Source: Christensenellales bacterium (GTDB lineage Bacteria; Bacillota; Clostridia; Christensenellales; UMGS416). Taken from it: 64,000 bases of DNA. The stretch lies in the NCBI GenBank assembly GCA_050948665.1, contig JBMNEH010000001.1, positions 1,891,079-1,955,078 of the forward strand, given 5' to 3'. A program made the translations under genes and the position numbers. Shown in pieces: positions 1 through 9,634 of the stretch (its first letter is position 1; each line of letters begins with the position of its first letter). Under the pieces are notes generated by a model, which saw nothing but the letters and a program-made list of their open reading frames with translations, made no database searches and was not told the DNA's origin.

Positions 1-528
1 GCAGCGGAGGCCGCAGCCGCGGGACAGAATCCAGCATCGATTACCATAACAAGCTTTTACTGGATTAAAAACCTTTGGCAGCCGGATACTTTCATGGCTT
101 CGGTGATCCCCTCCTTCAGCAGTCTGTCTAAAATCTCCATATTTGCCAATGTGACTGACTATGACACAGTCATGGCTCCACTTATGGATCTTTATGCCAA
201 TGTGAAGAACGGCTACGCCATTCTCCCCATATTGGCGGGCACGACTTCCATCCTTTCCAGCATGGTAATGAATCCTCAGAAACGAAAGAAGAAGACACCC
301 CAAGAGATTTTAGCCGACAAGCCTGAAGATCAATCCGCAGCTACCGGCAAAATGATGCAGTATTTCATCCCCGTCATTTCCGTTATTTTCTGTTGGACCT
401 CCTCCGCGGCATTTGCCCTGTATTGGGTCACCAGCAACCTGGCTTCCATGGTGAATACACTGGTTATCAATTGGTTCCTGAAGCGGCAGGAACAGCGTAA
501 AGCGGAGCTTGAGGTTCAGAGCAACTAG
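1..528 (+). CDS. yidC: YidC/Oxa1 membrane protein insertase (5'-truncated by window)
   Basis: Frame open from base 1; FYWIKNLWQPD and C-terminal SAAFALYWVTSNL transmembrane motif; directly upstream of jag. Confidence 0.9.
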   Translation, partial: AAEAAAAGQNPASITITSFYWIKNLWQPDTFMASVIPSFSSLSKISIFANVTDYDTVMAPLMDLYANVKNGYAILPILAGTTSILSSMVMNPQKRKKKTPQEILADKPEDQSAATGKMMQYFIPVISVIFCWTSSAAFALYWVTSNLASMVNTLVINWFLKRQEQRKAELEVQSN

Positions 529-551
529 TTCGATTCAAAAGGAGGTACACC

Positions 552-1469
552 ATGGCATACACCGAATATATCGGGCGTTCTGTGGAGGACGCCATTGAGA
601 ATGCGAAAGCCCGTTTGGGTTTAACACAGGATGAAATAACAATCGAGATACTGGACCCAGGAAGCAAAGGCTTTTTGGGAATCGGCAATCGGCTTGCACG
701 CATCCGGGTCAAGGCTGCGAACGACGAAGAAGAGGACATTGACATCCTTCCCCGGGAGGATGCCAACAAAGAAACGCCCCCTATTCCCCCGCCTGCAGCC
801 CCGGTTATGGTTCCCCGGCAGGTGATACTCCCTAATCTCCCGAAAGAGGATAAGCCCCTGTCTGCCGAATCTGCGCCCATTATGAGGAGTGTTGCTGGTA
901 CAAAGGCTGGTACAAAGTCCGATCAGCCCGAAGAAACTTCATACGAAGAACCTGCCGGTACACTGCTTGACCCGGAAGAGGATAAGGAGGCTGCGTCGAC
1001 CATCGCTTTTCTGGGCTCCCTGGCCATGCTGATGGGCGCGGAAGGTTTAGAGTATCGAGCCTATGCGCAGGAAGACGGTACGCTGCGCATTGATGTTGCC
1101 GGTGACACCAACGGTATCCTGATCGGTCACCGTGGAGAAACATTGAATGCCCTTCAACTGATTGTCAATCTTGCCGCTAATCAGGGCTCAGATGAGGACA
1201 CCGGGGCCGAACGGCGACGTATTGCGATCGATGTTGGCGGCTACCGCCAACGCCGGGAAAAAACATTGGCTCGCCTTGCTCGCCGGTTAGCAATGAAAGC
1301 AATCCGTACCAAACATAAGGTATCTCTTGAACCGATGAACAGTTATGAGCGTCGCATTATTCACTCTGCGTTATCGGATATGCGAGATGTTACCACCCTG
1401 TCCCAGGGAGAAGACCCGAATCGTTTCGTGGTGATTTACCCCAAGCAACAGAACCGTCGTAGATACTGA
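552..1469 (+). CDS. jag: Jag/EloR (KhpB) RNA-binding protein, KH + R3H domains
   Basis: N-terminal Jag domain (GRSVEDAIE...ILDPGSKGFLG), KH GILIGHRGETLNALQ, R3H LEPMNSYERRIIH; AGGAGG RBS. Confidence 0.95.
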   Translation: MAYTEYIGRSVEDAIENAKARLGLTQDEITIEILDPGSKGFLGIGNRLARIRVKAANDEEEDIDILPREDANKETPPIPPPAAPVMVPRQVILPNLPKEDKPLSAESAPIMRSVAGTKAGTKSDQPEETSYEEPAGTLLDPEEDKEAASTIAFLGSLAMLMGAEGLEYRAYAQEDGTLRIDVAGDTNGILIGHRGETLNALQLIVNLAANQGSDEDTGAERRRIAIDVGGYRQRREKTLARLARRLAMKAIRTKHKVSLEPMNSYERRIIHSALSDMRDVTTLSQGEDPNRFVVIYPKQQNRRRY

Positions 1470-1478
1470 TTCTTTGCG

Positions 1479-1498
1479 CCGCCGGAAGGCGGTCTTTA
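1479..1498 (+). terminator. Probable intrinsic terminator after jag
   Basis: ccgcc-ggaa-ggcgg followed by tcttt. Confidence 0.5.
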
Positions 1499-1690
1499 AT
1501 TTCCGGGGAACTCTTCCCCTCTTTGGGAGGATGCTCCCCTATAGGCATGAAAAAGAGCGCTTCTTGCTGCGCCGGGCGCATCGGCATGTCGCTCTTTCTG
1601 TTTTACGCAGGAAAAACTAGTCTCCTAGGAGAAACGCCCCAAAAATAAGGTGTCGTTTTATGCGACCGTTGATTTTATCGAGTAGGCTGT

Positions 1691-3058
1691 CTACCCTTCC
1701 TTCCGGGCGATTCGCTCGGCTTTCTCCTCAGAGAAGCCCTCGGCGGATCCCTTTGTGAACACGATTTTCAGGGTCATAAGCAGCAGCTTTAAGTCCATAA
1801 AAAAACTATATCCTGTAATATATGCTAAATCCATCCGCAATTTATCATAGGCGGAAGTATTGTATTTCCCGTAAACCTGCGCAAAGCCGGTCAACCCGCC
1901 CCGCACCTTCAATCGGAAAGAAAACTCCGGAATCTGCCGGGAATACAGCTCCTGCAGTTCTACTCTCTCCGGACGAGGCCCGACAAGGGACATATCACCC
2001 ACCAAAATATTCCACAACTGGGGAAGTTCGTCCAGCCGTGTCGCCCGAAGCAACCTTCCAACTCTGGTTATCCTGGGATCATTTTCCATCCCAAGATGCA
2101 TTGCACCGTTCTTTTCGGCATCTACCACCATGCTTCGGAATTTCAGCATCCGAAACACCCTGCCGCCCAACGTGACCCTGTCCTGCGTGAAGAAAACACC
2201 GCCCCTATCCTCCAGATAAATCGATGCGGCTATCAAAAGCGTCAGCGGCAGGGTCATCAACATGCCAAGAGCGGCACAGATGATATCAGCACCCCGCTTG
2301 ATAATACTCTGCGGCAGCGGTATACCCTCGTTCCGGCACAGCACAAGCGGAGAATCAAAGAGGTTAACACTCTCTCCGCCGCGGATGATTACATCGGAAA
2401 TCTTAGGCGTCAGATATACCCGAATGGACTTCCCGTAACAGAATTTGAGCAGTTCATTCCGCAAATCAGCGGAGACATCCGAAAGAATGACGGAATCATA
2501 TTGCATAATCTGATCGTAAATCTTAGTTACACTTTCATTTACATTGACTATGGCGCAAATTTCATATTTTGCGCGGTAGGTGTCTATTTTTCGAATCAAT
2601 TCCTCCGCGGAATGCCCCCCATACACCAAAAGCATTCGCCTCGGAGGGTACTTCCGATAATAAATCCGCTCTGCTATAATGCTCCAAAGCAGGGCCGTTC
2701 CGATTTCCGCTACGGTAAGCAGTACCATCGGCAGCACCTGTACCAAATAACGGCTGATCAGCGATATTTGAAAGTACGTGAAAATATTTGTAATAAATAG
2801 TCCGAGGCAAAAGGCATATACCTGCTCCGCCCGGCGAAGATAACCTACACGAAATCCGCCGAACAAGTGTATCAGTACTGCAACAATACAGGCATATAAG
2901 GCGATTACCAGCATATTCCCCTTAAAAACGAAGGAGCGGTCGATTTTATCCCCGTAAAAAGCATACCATGTGATGCCATACTCTATTGAGAGCAACAGAA
3001 CAGCCACGATGCCGGCTCCCGTCGTCATCATACGGCGGCTTTTACCCCTTGCGGCCAT
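1691..3058 (-). CDS. Polyprenyl glycosylphosphotransferase (priming sugar transferase, WcaJ/CpsE family)
   Basis: C-terminal FRMLKFRSM, DPRITRVG, RLDELPQLWNILVGDMSLVGPRPE; N-terminal TM segments and CoA-binding-like domain; start moved to ATG 3058 behind RBS and promoter. Confidence 0.93.
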   Translation of the reverse strand: MAARGKSRRMMTTGAGIVAVLLLSIEYGITWYAFYGDKIDRSFVFKGNMLVIALYACIVAVLIHLFGGFRVGYLRRAEQVYAFCLGLFITNIFTYFQISLISRYLVQVLPMVLLTVAEIGTALLWSIIAERIYYRKYPPRRMLLVYGGHSAEELIRKIDTYRAKYEICAIVNVNESVTKIYDQIMQYDSVILSDVSADLRNELLKFCYGKSIRVYLTPKISDVIIRGGESVNLFDSPLVLCRNEGIPLPQSIIKRGADIICAALGMLMTLPLTLLIAASIYLEDRGGVFFTQDRVTLGGRVFRMLKFRSMVVDAEKNGAMHLGMENDPRITRVGRLLRATRLDELPQLWNILVGDMSLVGPRPERVELQELYSRQIPEFSFRLKVRGGLTGFAQVYGKYNTSAYDKLRMDLAYITGYSFFMDLKLLLMTLKIVFTKGSAEGFSEEKAERIARKEG

Positions 3059-3092
3059 ATTTTCCACCCTTTCCCGGAAACTACGCAATCTC

Positions 3093-3121
3093 ATTATACA
3101 CAGGCGGGCATCTGTTGTAAA
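3093..3121 (-). promoter_or_regulatory. sigmaA-type promoter of sugar transferase
   Basis: TTTACA-17nt-TATAAT on minus strand. Confidence 0.7.
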
Positions 3122-3273
3122 GGTAACCCCGTGCCTCTGAGGATGCCTGCCCGTCCTATGCGTCCGGAAATGTGCGCCGATCCCGGCATGGGGCACAGAA
3201 TGTCTGTATGAATGTCCTGCAATACACGAAATACCATAGGAAACCCTCTGCAATGCGTGAAAAACAAGAAGTT

Positions 3274-3302
3274 TTGACAACTTTCCCGCACAGTGATATA
3301 GT
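3274..3302 (+). promoter_or_regulatory. sigmaA-type promoter of pdxK
   Basis: TTGACA-17nt-TATAGT. Confidence 0.7.
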
Positions 3303-3327
3303 ATTCCATCGGATAGGAGGCCATGGT

Positions 3328-4176
3328 ATGGACAGGCAGAAAAGGATATTGGCGGTACATGATATATCCTGTGTAGGGCGGTGTTCACTGACGGTAGCGC
3401 TTCCTGTGCTGTGTTCTGCCGGTTTTGACACAGGTGTACTGCCTACGGCGGTTTTGTCCACTCATACGGGGGATTTTACCAACTACACCTATCGGGACCT
3501 GACAGAAGATATACTCCCGATACTCCGTCATTGGGAGCAACTGGATTTGCAATTTGACGCCATTTATACGGGTTACATGGTTTCCCCGGAGCAGGTGACT
3601 CTCGTGGAAATGCTGTTTGACGCCTTTCCGGACGCTCTGCGTTTCGTAGATCCGGTAATGGCAGATAATGGTCGGCTGTACAAGGGCTTTTCAATAGATT
3701 TCCCCGAAAAGATCGCCCGTTTATGCCGCCGTGCGCATTGGATGGTGCCGAATTTTACCGAGGCCTGCCTGCTTACGGGAATCCCATACCATGAAGGTTT
3801 ACAGACACCGGAAGAGGTTCGAGCCGTTTTGGCTGCACTCCTGGATATGGGCGCGCAAAATGCCGTTCTGACAGGCGTCAGCTATCAGCCCGGAATGCTG
3901 GGTGTCGCTGCTGCCGCAGACGGACAGATGTTGCATGCCTTTTCGGAATGGATACCAGGTACATTCCACGGCACGGGAGATGTTTTCAGCAGCGGGCTGC
4001 TTGCGGGGCTGCTTCATGAATTGCCCAAAGAAAAGGCATTGCAAACAGCGGTAGCCTTTACCTGCCGCAGCATACACCGAACGGTCGAGCTGGGGCAGGA
4101 AGTGCGTTACGGCGTGGCCTTTGAGACCGCTTTGCCCTTTCTCATACATGCCTTGGGGATGACAGCAGAAGACTGA
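3328..4176 (+). CDS. pdxK: Pyridoxal/pyridoxamine kinase
   Basis: LAVHDISCVGRCSLTVALP, VLSTHTG, DPVMADNG, GTGDVF; start at ATG 3328 behind AGGAGG. Confidence 0.92.
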   Translation: MDRQKRILAVHDISCVGRCSLTVALPVLCSAGFDTGVLPTAVLSTHTGDFTNYTYRDLTEDILPILRHWEQLDLQFDAIYTGYMVSPEQVTLVEMLFDAFPDALRFVDPVMADNGRLYKGFSIDFPEKIARLCRRAHWMVPNFTEACLLTGIPYHEGLQTPEEVRAVLAALLDMGAQNAVLTGVSYQPGMLGVAAAADGQMLHAFSEWIPGTFHGTGDVFSSGLLAGLLHELPKEKALQTAVAFTCRSIHRTVELGQEVRYGVAFETALPFLIHALGMTAED

Positions 4177-4243
4177 TGCTCCGTCCCCGGTTTTTCAAAG
4201 AACTGTAGCCGGACGCAGTAAACCGGCAATCCTGCCGGTCCTC

Positions 4244-4952
<709 letters not shown>

Positions 4953-5185
4953 AGTCTCTTTATTATAGTGCGGAACTGGAATAAAAGGCAAAAAAAGGGA
5001 TTGGCAAACATATCCTTCTTATTCTTAAACAACCGCCCGGATTCGCAGTGAGGGGGCGAAAAGCCGTTCATCCGACAGAGAAACGAAGCTTCGCTGACAA
5101 AACAAAGCCATCCTGGCTCCTGTGCTATCATACGGCGAAGTCGCTTTCGTCGTCCTTATGAAATCATCAACAAACCGGAGGATTC

Positions 5186-5896
5186 ATGTTACTTTACATC
5201 ATACGTCACGGCGCGCCGGATTACAAAAAAGACTGTCTTCTCCCGCGGGGAAAACTTCAGGCCGAAGCGTTGTCTCTCCGCCTTTGTCTGCAGGGATTTG
5301 ACAAGATTTACAGCTCTCCCATGGGACGGGCCCGGGAAACCGCCCGGCCCACCAGTGATATTTTAGGCAAGCCCATGGAAATCCTGGAGTGGACCAGTGA
5401 GGATCTGGCATGGCAGCAAATGTCTATTGAAGATCCGGTCTTCGGGCGGCGCTGGTGCTGGGGGCACACGGACCCATCCGGTTTTATCAATGATGATACC
5501 CTGTATAATAACCGGGATTGGTTCGATCTGCCCTGTTTCTCCGGTACCGATGTCAGGGGCTGCTGGAAACGGGTTTCCGAAGCATCGGACGATTTTTTGG
5601 AGGGCCTGGGATACAAGCATGACGGTGCATCCTACCGTATTCTGCGTCCAAGCGAGGAACGGGTGGCGGTATTCTGCCATGAGGGCTTCGGTACCGTTTG
5701 GCTGTCCTGGCTGTTGAATATTCCTCTCCATCTGTTCTGCATGTCCTTTGGCATCGCCTTGAGCAGTATCACTATACTGGACTTTAAGAATTTTGATAAC
5801 AGATGGACCTCTCCTCGCTGCCTCACACTGTCGGATACTTCTCACCTCTACGGCAGTCGGCTTCCTGTGGAACATAATAACGGCGTGAAACTATAG
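5186..5896 (+). CDS. Histidine phosphatase (phosphoglycerate mutase) family protein
   Basis: LYIIRHG catalytic motif, YSSPMGRARETA, VAVFCHEG. Confidence 0.9.
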   Translation: MLLYIIRHGAPDYKKDCLLPRGKLQAEALSLRLCLQGFDKIYSSPMGRARETARPTSDILGKPMEILEWTSEDLAWQQMSIEDPVFGRRWCWGHTDPSGFINDDTLYNNRDWFDLPCFSGTDVRGCWKRVSEASDDFLEGLGYKHDGASYRILRPSEERVAVFCHEGFGTVWLSWLLNIPLHLFCMSFGIALSSITILDFKNFDNRWTSPRCLTLSDTSHLYGSRLPVEHNNGVKL

Positions 5897-5994
5897 GAGA
5901 ACCTGCCGCGACTTCTGCGAGTGTATCCACATTGCCCGGGCGCAATTTTCGGTCCTTTCTGTATATTGCCAAGAGCGCTGCAGTGGCGGAAATA

Positions 5995-6022
5995 TTGACG
6001 GTTATCGCGGTTGTGATATAAT
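5995..6022 (+). promoter_or_regulatory. sigmaA-type promoter of nitroreductase
   Basis: TTGACG-16nt-TATAAT with TG upstream of -10. Confidence 0.6.
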
Positions 6023-6060
6023 TGATGCAATGAATCTATCATGTAATTTAGGAGGTGCCT

Positions 6061-6591
6061 ATGCAAAACGCTGTGTTGAACGCAATACTATCCCGTCGCT
6101 CTACTCGCAGATATACCCGTGAACCGGTCTCCCGCGAAGCGATCGAAACGATACTGCAGGCCGGTATTAACGCGCCCTCGGCCATGAATAAACAGGACTG
6201 GAAAATTGTGGCTGTTACCGACAGGGATTTTATCGGAAAATTGGACGCCGCCTGGGAAGCCCTCGGCAGTAACGGAAAGCCCTCCTCGGAAACGCGTTTC
6301 TATGACGCTCCCACAGTGATTTTTGTGTTTGGTCAATCCGATATAAATGCCGGAATGGCCATCGAGAATATGTGTCTGGCAGCCGAATCCTTGGGGTTGG
6401 GCACCGTGATCATCGGCTCGGTGAATGTGCTTTTGAATGAACCGGTCGGCGCACCGTGGAAGAAAGCGCTGGGTTGTCCGGAAGAGTACCGCCACACCTG
6501 CTGTATCTCCCTGGGACATAAGGCTGAATTCCCGAACGCGAAGCCCCGGGATGCCTCGAAATCCATTATAATGGACAAAATTACATCCTAA
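6061..6591 (+). CDS. Nitroreductase family protein
   Basis: RRSTRRY, APSAMNKQDW, ENMCLAAESLGLGT; AGGAGG RBS. Confidence 0.93.
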   Translation: MQNAVLNAILSRRSTRRYTREPVSREAIETILQAGINAPSAMNKQDWKIVAVTDRDFIGKLDAAWEALGSNGKPSSETRFYDAPTVIFVFGQSDINAGMAIENMCLAAESLGLGTVIIGSVNVLLNEPVGAPWKKALGCPEEYRHTCCISLGHKAEFPNAKPRDASKSIIMDKITS

Positions 6592-6662
6592 GGCAAGGCG
6601 GCGAATAACGCCGTTTTTTGTTCCCGCTTCACCCCCCATGATGTTATCTGCTTTTACACGAG

Positions 6663-6689
6663 GGAAGCCCGGAATCATCCCGGGCTTCC
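6663..6689. terminator. Hairpin terminator between convergent nitroreductase and oxidoreductase operon
   Basis: ggaagcccgg-aatcatc-ccgggcttcc inverted repeat. Confidence 0.6.
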
Positions 6690-6699
6690 TTTATTTGTT

Positions 6700-7233
6700 T
6701 CACACCAACTTTGCGCCAGCCTCCAGTGCCTTGCGGTTAATATCCCACAATCTAGCCCGTCTCTCTCCAAACACCTTTGTGAAGACCTTTCCCACAGTCT
6801 CAGGCTGTACGACACCGGTAAGCTTCAGTAAAGCGCCGAGCATGACCATGCCCGCAACCCTAACATTGCCAAGTTCCATCGCGATCTCATTGGCAGGGAT
6901 CCTGTAAACTCTCACATCCTTCCGGGCCACCTCCCGCTCAATCAGAGAACTATTGACCAGAACGATTCCGCTGGGTACCACACTCTTCTCAAAAGTATCC
7001 AGGGAAGGGAGGTTCATCGCCAAAAGGCAGTTGGGTTCCGTTACCACGGGAGAACCGACCGGCTCATCGGAAACAATGACACCGCAATAAGCAGCGCCGC
7101 CCCGCATCTCAGGACCATAGCTTGGCATCCAGGAAACCTCATTTCCCTCTTCCATGCCTCCGTAGGTCAGTAATTCACCCAAAGACATAATACCCTGTCC
7201 GCCGAATCCGGCTATCATAAACTCGTGCAGCAT
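6700..7233 (-). CDS. 2-oxoacid:ferredoxin oxidoreductase gamma subunit
   Basis: IAGFGGQG, PSYGPEMRGG. Confidence 0.95.
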   Translation of the reverse strand: MLHEFMIAGFGGQGIMSLGELLTYGGMEEGNEVSWMPSYGPEMRGGAAYCGVIVSDEPVGSPVVTEPNCLLAMNLPSLDTFEKSVVPSGIVLVNSSLIEREVARKDVRVYRIPANEIAMELGNVRVAGMVMLGALLKLTGVVQPETVGKVFTKVFGERRARLWDINRKALEAGAKLV

Positions 7234-7234
7234 C

Positions 7235-7972
7235 CTACTCTCCCTCCTTATAACAGCCCAGAGGATAATAGGGAATCATCTTCTCCTCCACCCAGTTCAG
7301 AGCTTCCTTGGGAGACATACCCCAGTTGGTAGGGCAGGTGGAAAGTACCTCAACAAGAGAAAAACCCTTCCTCTCCGCATTCCGCCGAAAAGATTTCAAA
7401 ATGGCCTTTTTAGCCCCCAACACATGCCTGGGATTATTCACTGCCACCCTCTCAAAATACTGAGGACCGTCCAGTTGGGAAAGCATTTCACAGATTTTAA
7501 TGGGCAGTCCTGCGGTCTCTGGATCCCGGCCATAGGGAGAGGTGGTTGTCACCTGTCCGGGCAGGGAAGTGGGTGCCATCTGGCCATGGGTCATACCGTA
7601 TACCGCATTGTTAATGAAAATAACCGTGATGTTTTCGTTCCGAGCCGCTGCGTGGACGATTTCCGCCGTGCCGATTGATGCCAGATCTCCGTCTCCCTGA
7701 TATGTGAATACGATGGCATCGGGATGGACACGGTGTATGCCCGTCGCTACCGCGGGAGCACGGCCGTGGGCAGCCTCCTGCATATCACAATTGAAATAAT
7801 TATAAGCAAACACGGCGCAACCCACCGGGGCAACCCCTATCGCCCGATCCTGCAGCCCCAGTTCTTCTATCGACTCCGCTACAAGGCGGTGAACAATGCC
7901 ATGGGTACAGCCCGGGCAATAATGGGTAGGGATATCCGTAAGCATCCCTGTCCTTTTGAACACAACTGCCAT
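7235..7972 (-). CDS. 2-oxoacid:ferredoxin oxidoreductase beta (TPP-binding) subunit
   Basis: YCPGCTHG, YQGDGDLASIG...NN TPP motif, CPTNWG. Confidence 0.95.
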   Translation of the reverse strand: MAVVFKRTGMLTDIPTHYCPGCTHGIVHRLVAESIEELGLQDRAIGVAPVGCAVFAYNYFNCDMQEAAHGRAPAVATGIHRVHPDAIVFTYQGDGDLASIGTAEIVHAAARNENITVIFINNAVYGMTHGQMAPTSLPGQVTTTSPYGRDPETAGLPIKICEMLSQLDGPQYFERVAVNNPRHVLGAKKAILKSFRRNAERKGFSLVEVLSTCPTNWGMSPKEALNWVEEKMIPYYPLGCYKEGE

Positions 7973-9036
7973 TACGCTTTCCCTCCCAGAATTTTCTTTA
8001 CTTCTTCCACGATTTCCCTGGGCGTTGGGATCATGCCACCGGTACGACCGTAGAAATCGACAGGCGCCCTGCCGTTCACCGCCAACCGAATGTCATCCAC
8101 CATCTGCCCGGCAGACATTTCCACTGACAGGAAGCGTTTTGCGCCGTCGGCGATTACTTTATCGAATGCCACATCCGGGAAGGGCCACAGTGTTTTGGGG
8201 CGAATCAGGCCGACCCTAATCCCTTCCTCCGCAAGTCTGGCAATCGCAGACTTTACGATGCGCGCGGTAGTACCGTAGGCAACCAATATCAGCTCCGCGT
8301 CCCGGGTACGATAATCCTCCCAATCGACCTCATTTTTCCTGATCGTATCATACACGGCGGACAGGCGCGCATTCACTCTCTCCAACTCAGCCGCCTGTAT
8401 ATAAAGAGAATTAATGATATTTGGCTTTTTGCGACCATGAAGCCCGGTGGTCGCCCAAGTCTTCTCCGGGAGCTTCCGGGGTATATAGCAACCCATTTCG
8501 ACCGGCTCCATCATCTGTCCCAGCATTCCGTCTCCGCAGAGTATGGTAGGAAGACGATATTGGTCCGCGATATCAAAGCCGAGCGCCACCATATCCACAG
8601 CCTCCTGTACCGTAGAAGGCGCCAATACAACCGTGCGATAATCGCCATGGCCGCCGCCGCGGGTGGACTGGTAGTAGTCACTCTGGGCCGGCTGTATGCC
8701 GCCTAATCCGGGGCCGCCTCTCATCATATTCACAATCAGGCAGGGCAACTCCGCACCACAGATATAGGATATACCCTCCTGCTTAAGGCTTATACCGGGG
8801 CTGGAGGAGCTGGTCATCACCCGGGCGCCTGCACCTGCCGCGCCGTAAACCATATTGATCGCCGCTACTTCGGACTCAGCCTGTATAAAGGTTCCCCCCA
8901 CCTGGGGCATACGCCTGGACATATACTCTGGGATCTGGTTCTGCGGCGTGATGGGATACCCGAAAAAGAAGCGGCAACCCGCCTGTATAGCGGCTTCGGC
9001 GATCGCCTCATTGCCTTTCATCAGTATTCTAGCCAT
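7972..9036 (-). CDS. vorB: 2-oxoacid:ferredoxin oxidoreductase alpha subunit (VorB-like, 3-methyl-2-oxobutanoate dehydrogenase family)
   Basis: MKGNEAIAEAA, FFGYPITPQ, QAESE, SSSPGISLKQE, RGGPGLG; start moved to ATG 9036. Confidence 0.92.
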   Translation of the reverse strand: MARILMKGNEAIAEAAIQAGCRFFFGYPITPQNQIPEYMSRRMPQVGGTFIQAESEVAAINMVYGAAGAGARVMTSSSSPGISLKQEGISYICGAELPCLIVNMMRGGPGLGGIQPAQSDYYQSTRGGGHGDYRTVVLAPSTVQEAVDMVALGFDIADQYRLPTILCGDGMLGQMMEPVEMGCYIPRKLPEKTWATTGLHGRKKPNIINSLYIQAAELERVNARLSAVYDTIRKNEVDWEDYRTRDAELILVAYGTTARIVKSAIARLAEEGIRVGLIRPKTLWPFPDVAFDKVIADGAKRFLSVEMSAGQMVDDIRLAVNGRAPVDFYGRTGGMIPTPREIVEEVKKILGGKA

Positions 9037-9041
9037 TTTCT

Positions 9042-9248
9042 CTACCTTTCTACCGTAATACATACATCCGGGCACATCAGCGCGCACTGGGAACATCCGA
9101 TACAATTCTCCGGCGCAACAACCGATGAAGGATTATAGCCCTTTTGATTGATTTCTTTTGTATCAAGAGCCAGTACGCCCCGGGGACAAACGTCCACACA
9201 AAGACCACAGCCCTTGCAGCGGTGAATATCAATGGTTACACCTGCCAT
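9042..9248 (-). CDS. 2[4Fe-4S] ferredoxin (delta subunit)
   Basis: CKGCGLCVDVCP and CIGCSQCALMCP motifs. Confidence 0.95.
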   Translation of the reverse strand: MAGVTIDIHRCKGCGLCVDVCPRGVLALDTKEINQKGYNPSSVVAPENCIGCSQCALMCPDVCITVER

Positions 9249-9279
9249 AGGATTCCCTCCCTCTTAAGTTTCCTATACC

Positions 9280-9319
9280 ATTCTACCACTTTACGAAAAG
9301 ATGTCAATATTGTATACAA
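9280..9319 (-). promoter_or_regulatory. Promoter of oxidoreductase operon with adjacent TTGTATACAA palindrome
   Basis: TTGACA(9302-9307)-16nt-TAGAAT(9280-9285) on minus; perfect palindrome at 9310-9319. Confidence 0.6.
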
Positions 9320-9596
9320 ACGGCGGGAGAGAGAACCGGTGTGTATCCTCGATTTTCTGAAAACAGGAAATCCCATGATATGGGTCGCAACCTTGGTCCG
9401 GCGTTCTTTCCCATTGCGGCCCCTCTTGCCGCAGTGCCGTGCAGCTTTATCCCGGGCAGCACGGATGCTCGATGCCGGATACGCAGACAAACCGGGGGTC
9501 TGTTTTCTTGGAGAGACTCTGCAAGTCGAACTTGTCAGGGCAGCCGGGAAATTTCCATAAACTGCTGCTTGCCTGCTGTATAAATAATTCGCCAAT

Positions 9597-9624
9597 AAAA
9601 AAGCCCCCGATAACGGGGACTTTT
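9597..9624 (-). terminator. Intrinsic terminator after sugar-phosphate isomerase gene
   Basis: minus strand gtcccc-gttatc-gggggc followed by tttttt. Confidence 0.6.
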
Positions 9625-9634
9625 CCGGAAATAC

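Noticed and set aside
894-917. 12-bp tandem duplication gctggtacaaag in jag
   Set aside because: In-frame AGTK repeat in a variable linker; only two copies
1691-3388. 565-aa version of the sugar transferase and other long N-terminal extensions in the ORF track (pdxK, vorB, ecfA1, rpsJ, rpsL, dapA)
   Set aside because: Extensions run across promoters and intergenic DNA; RBS and homology support the downstream starts
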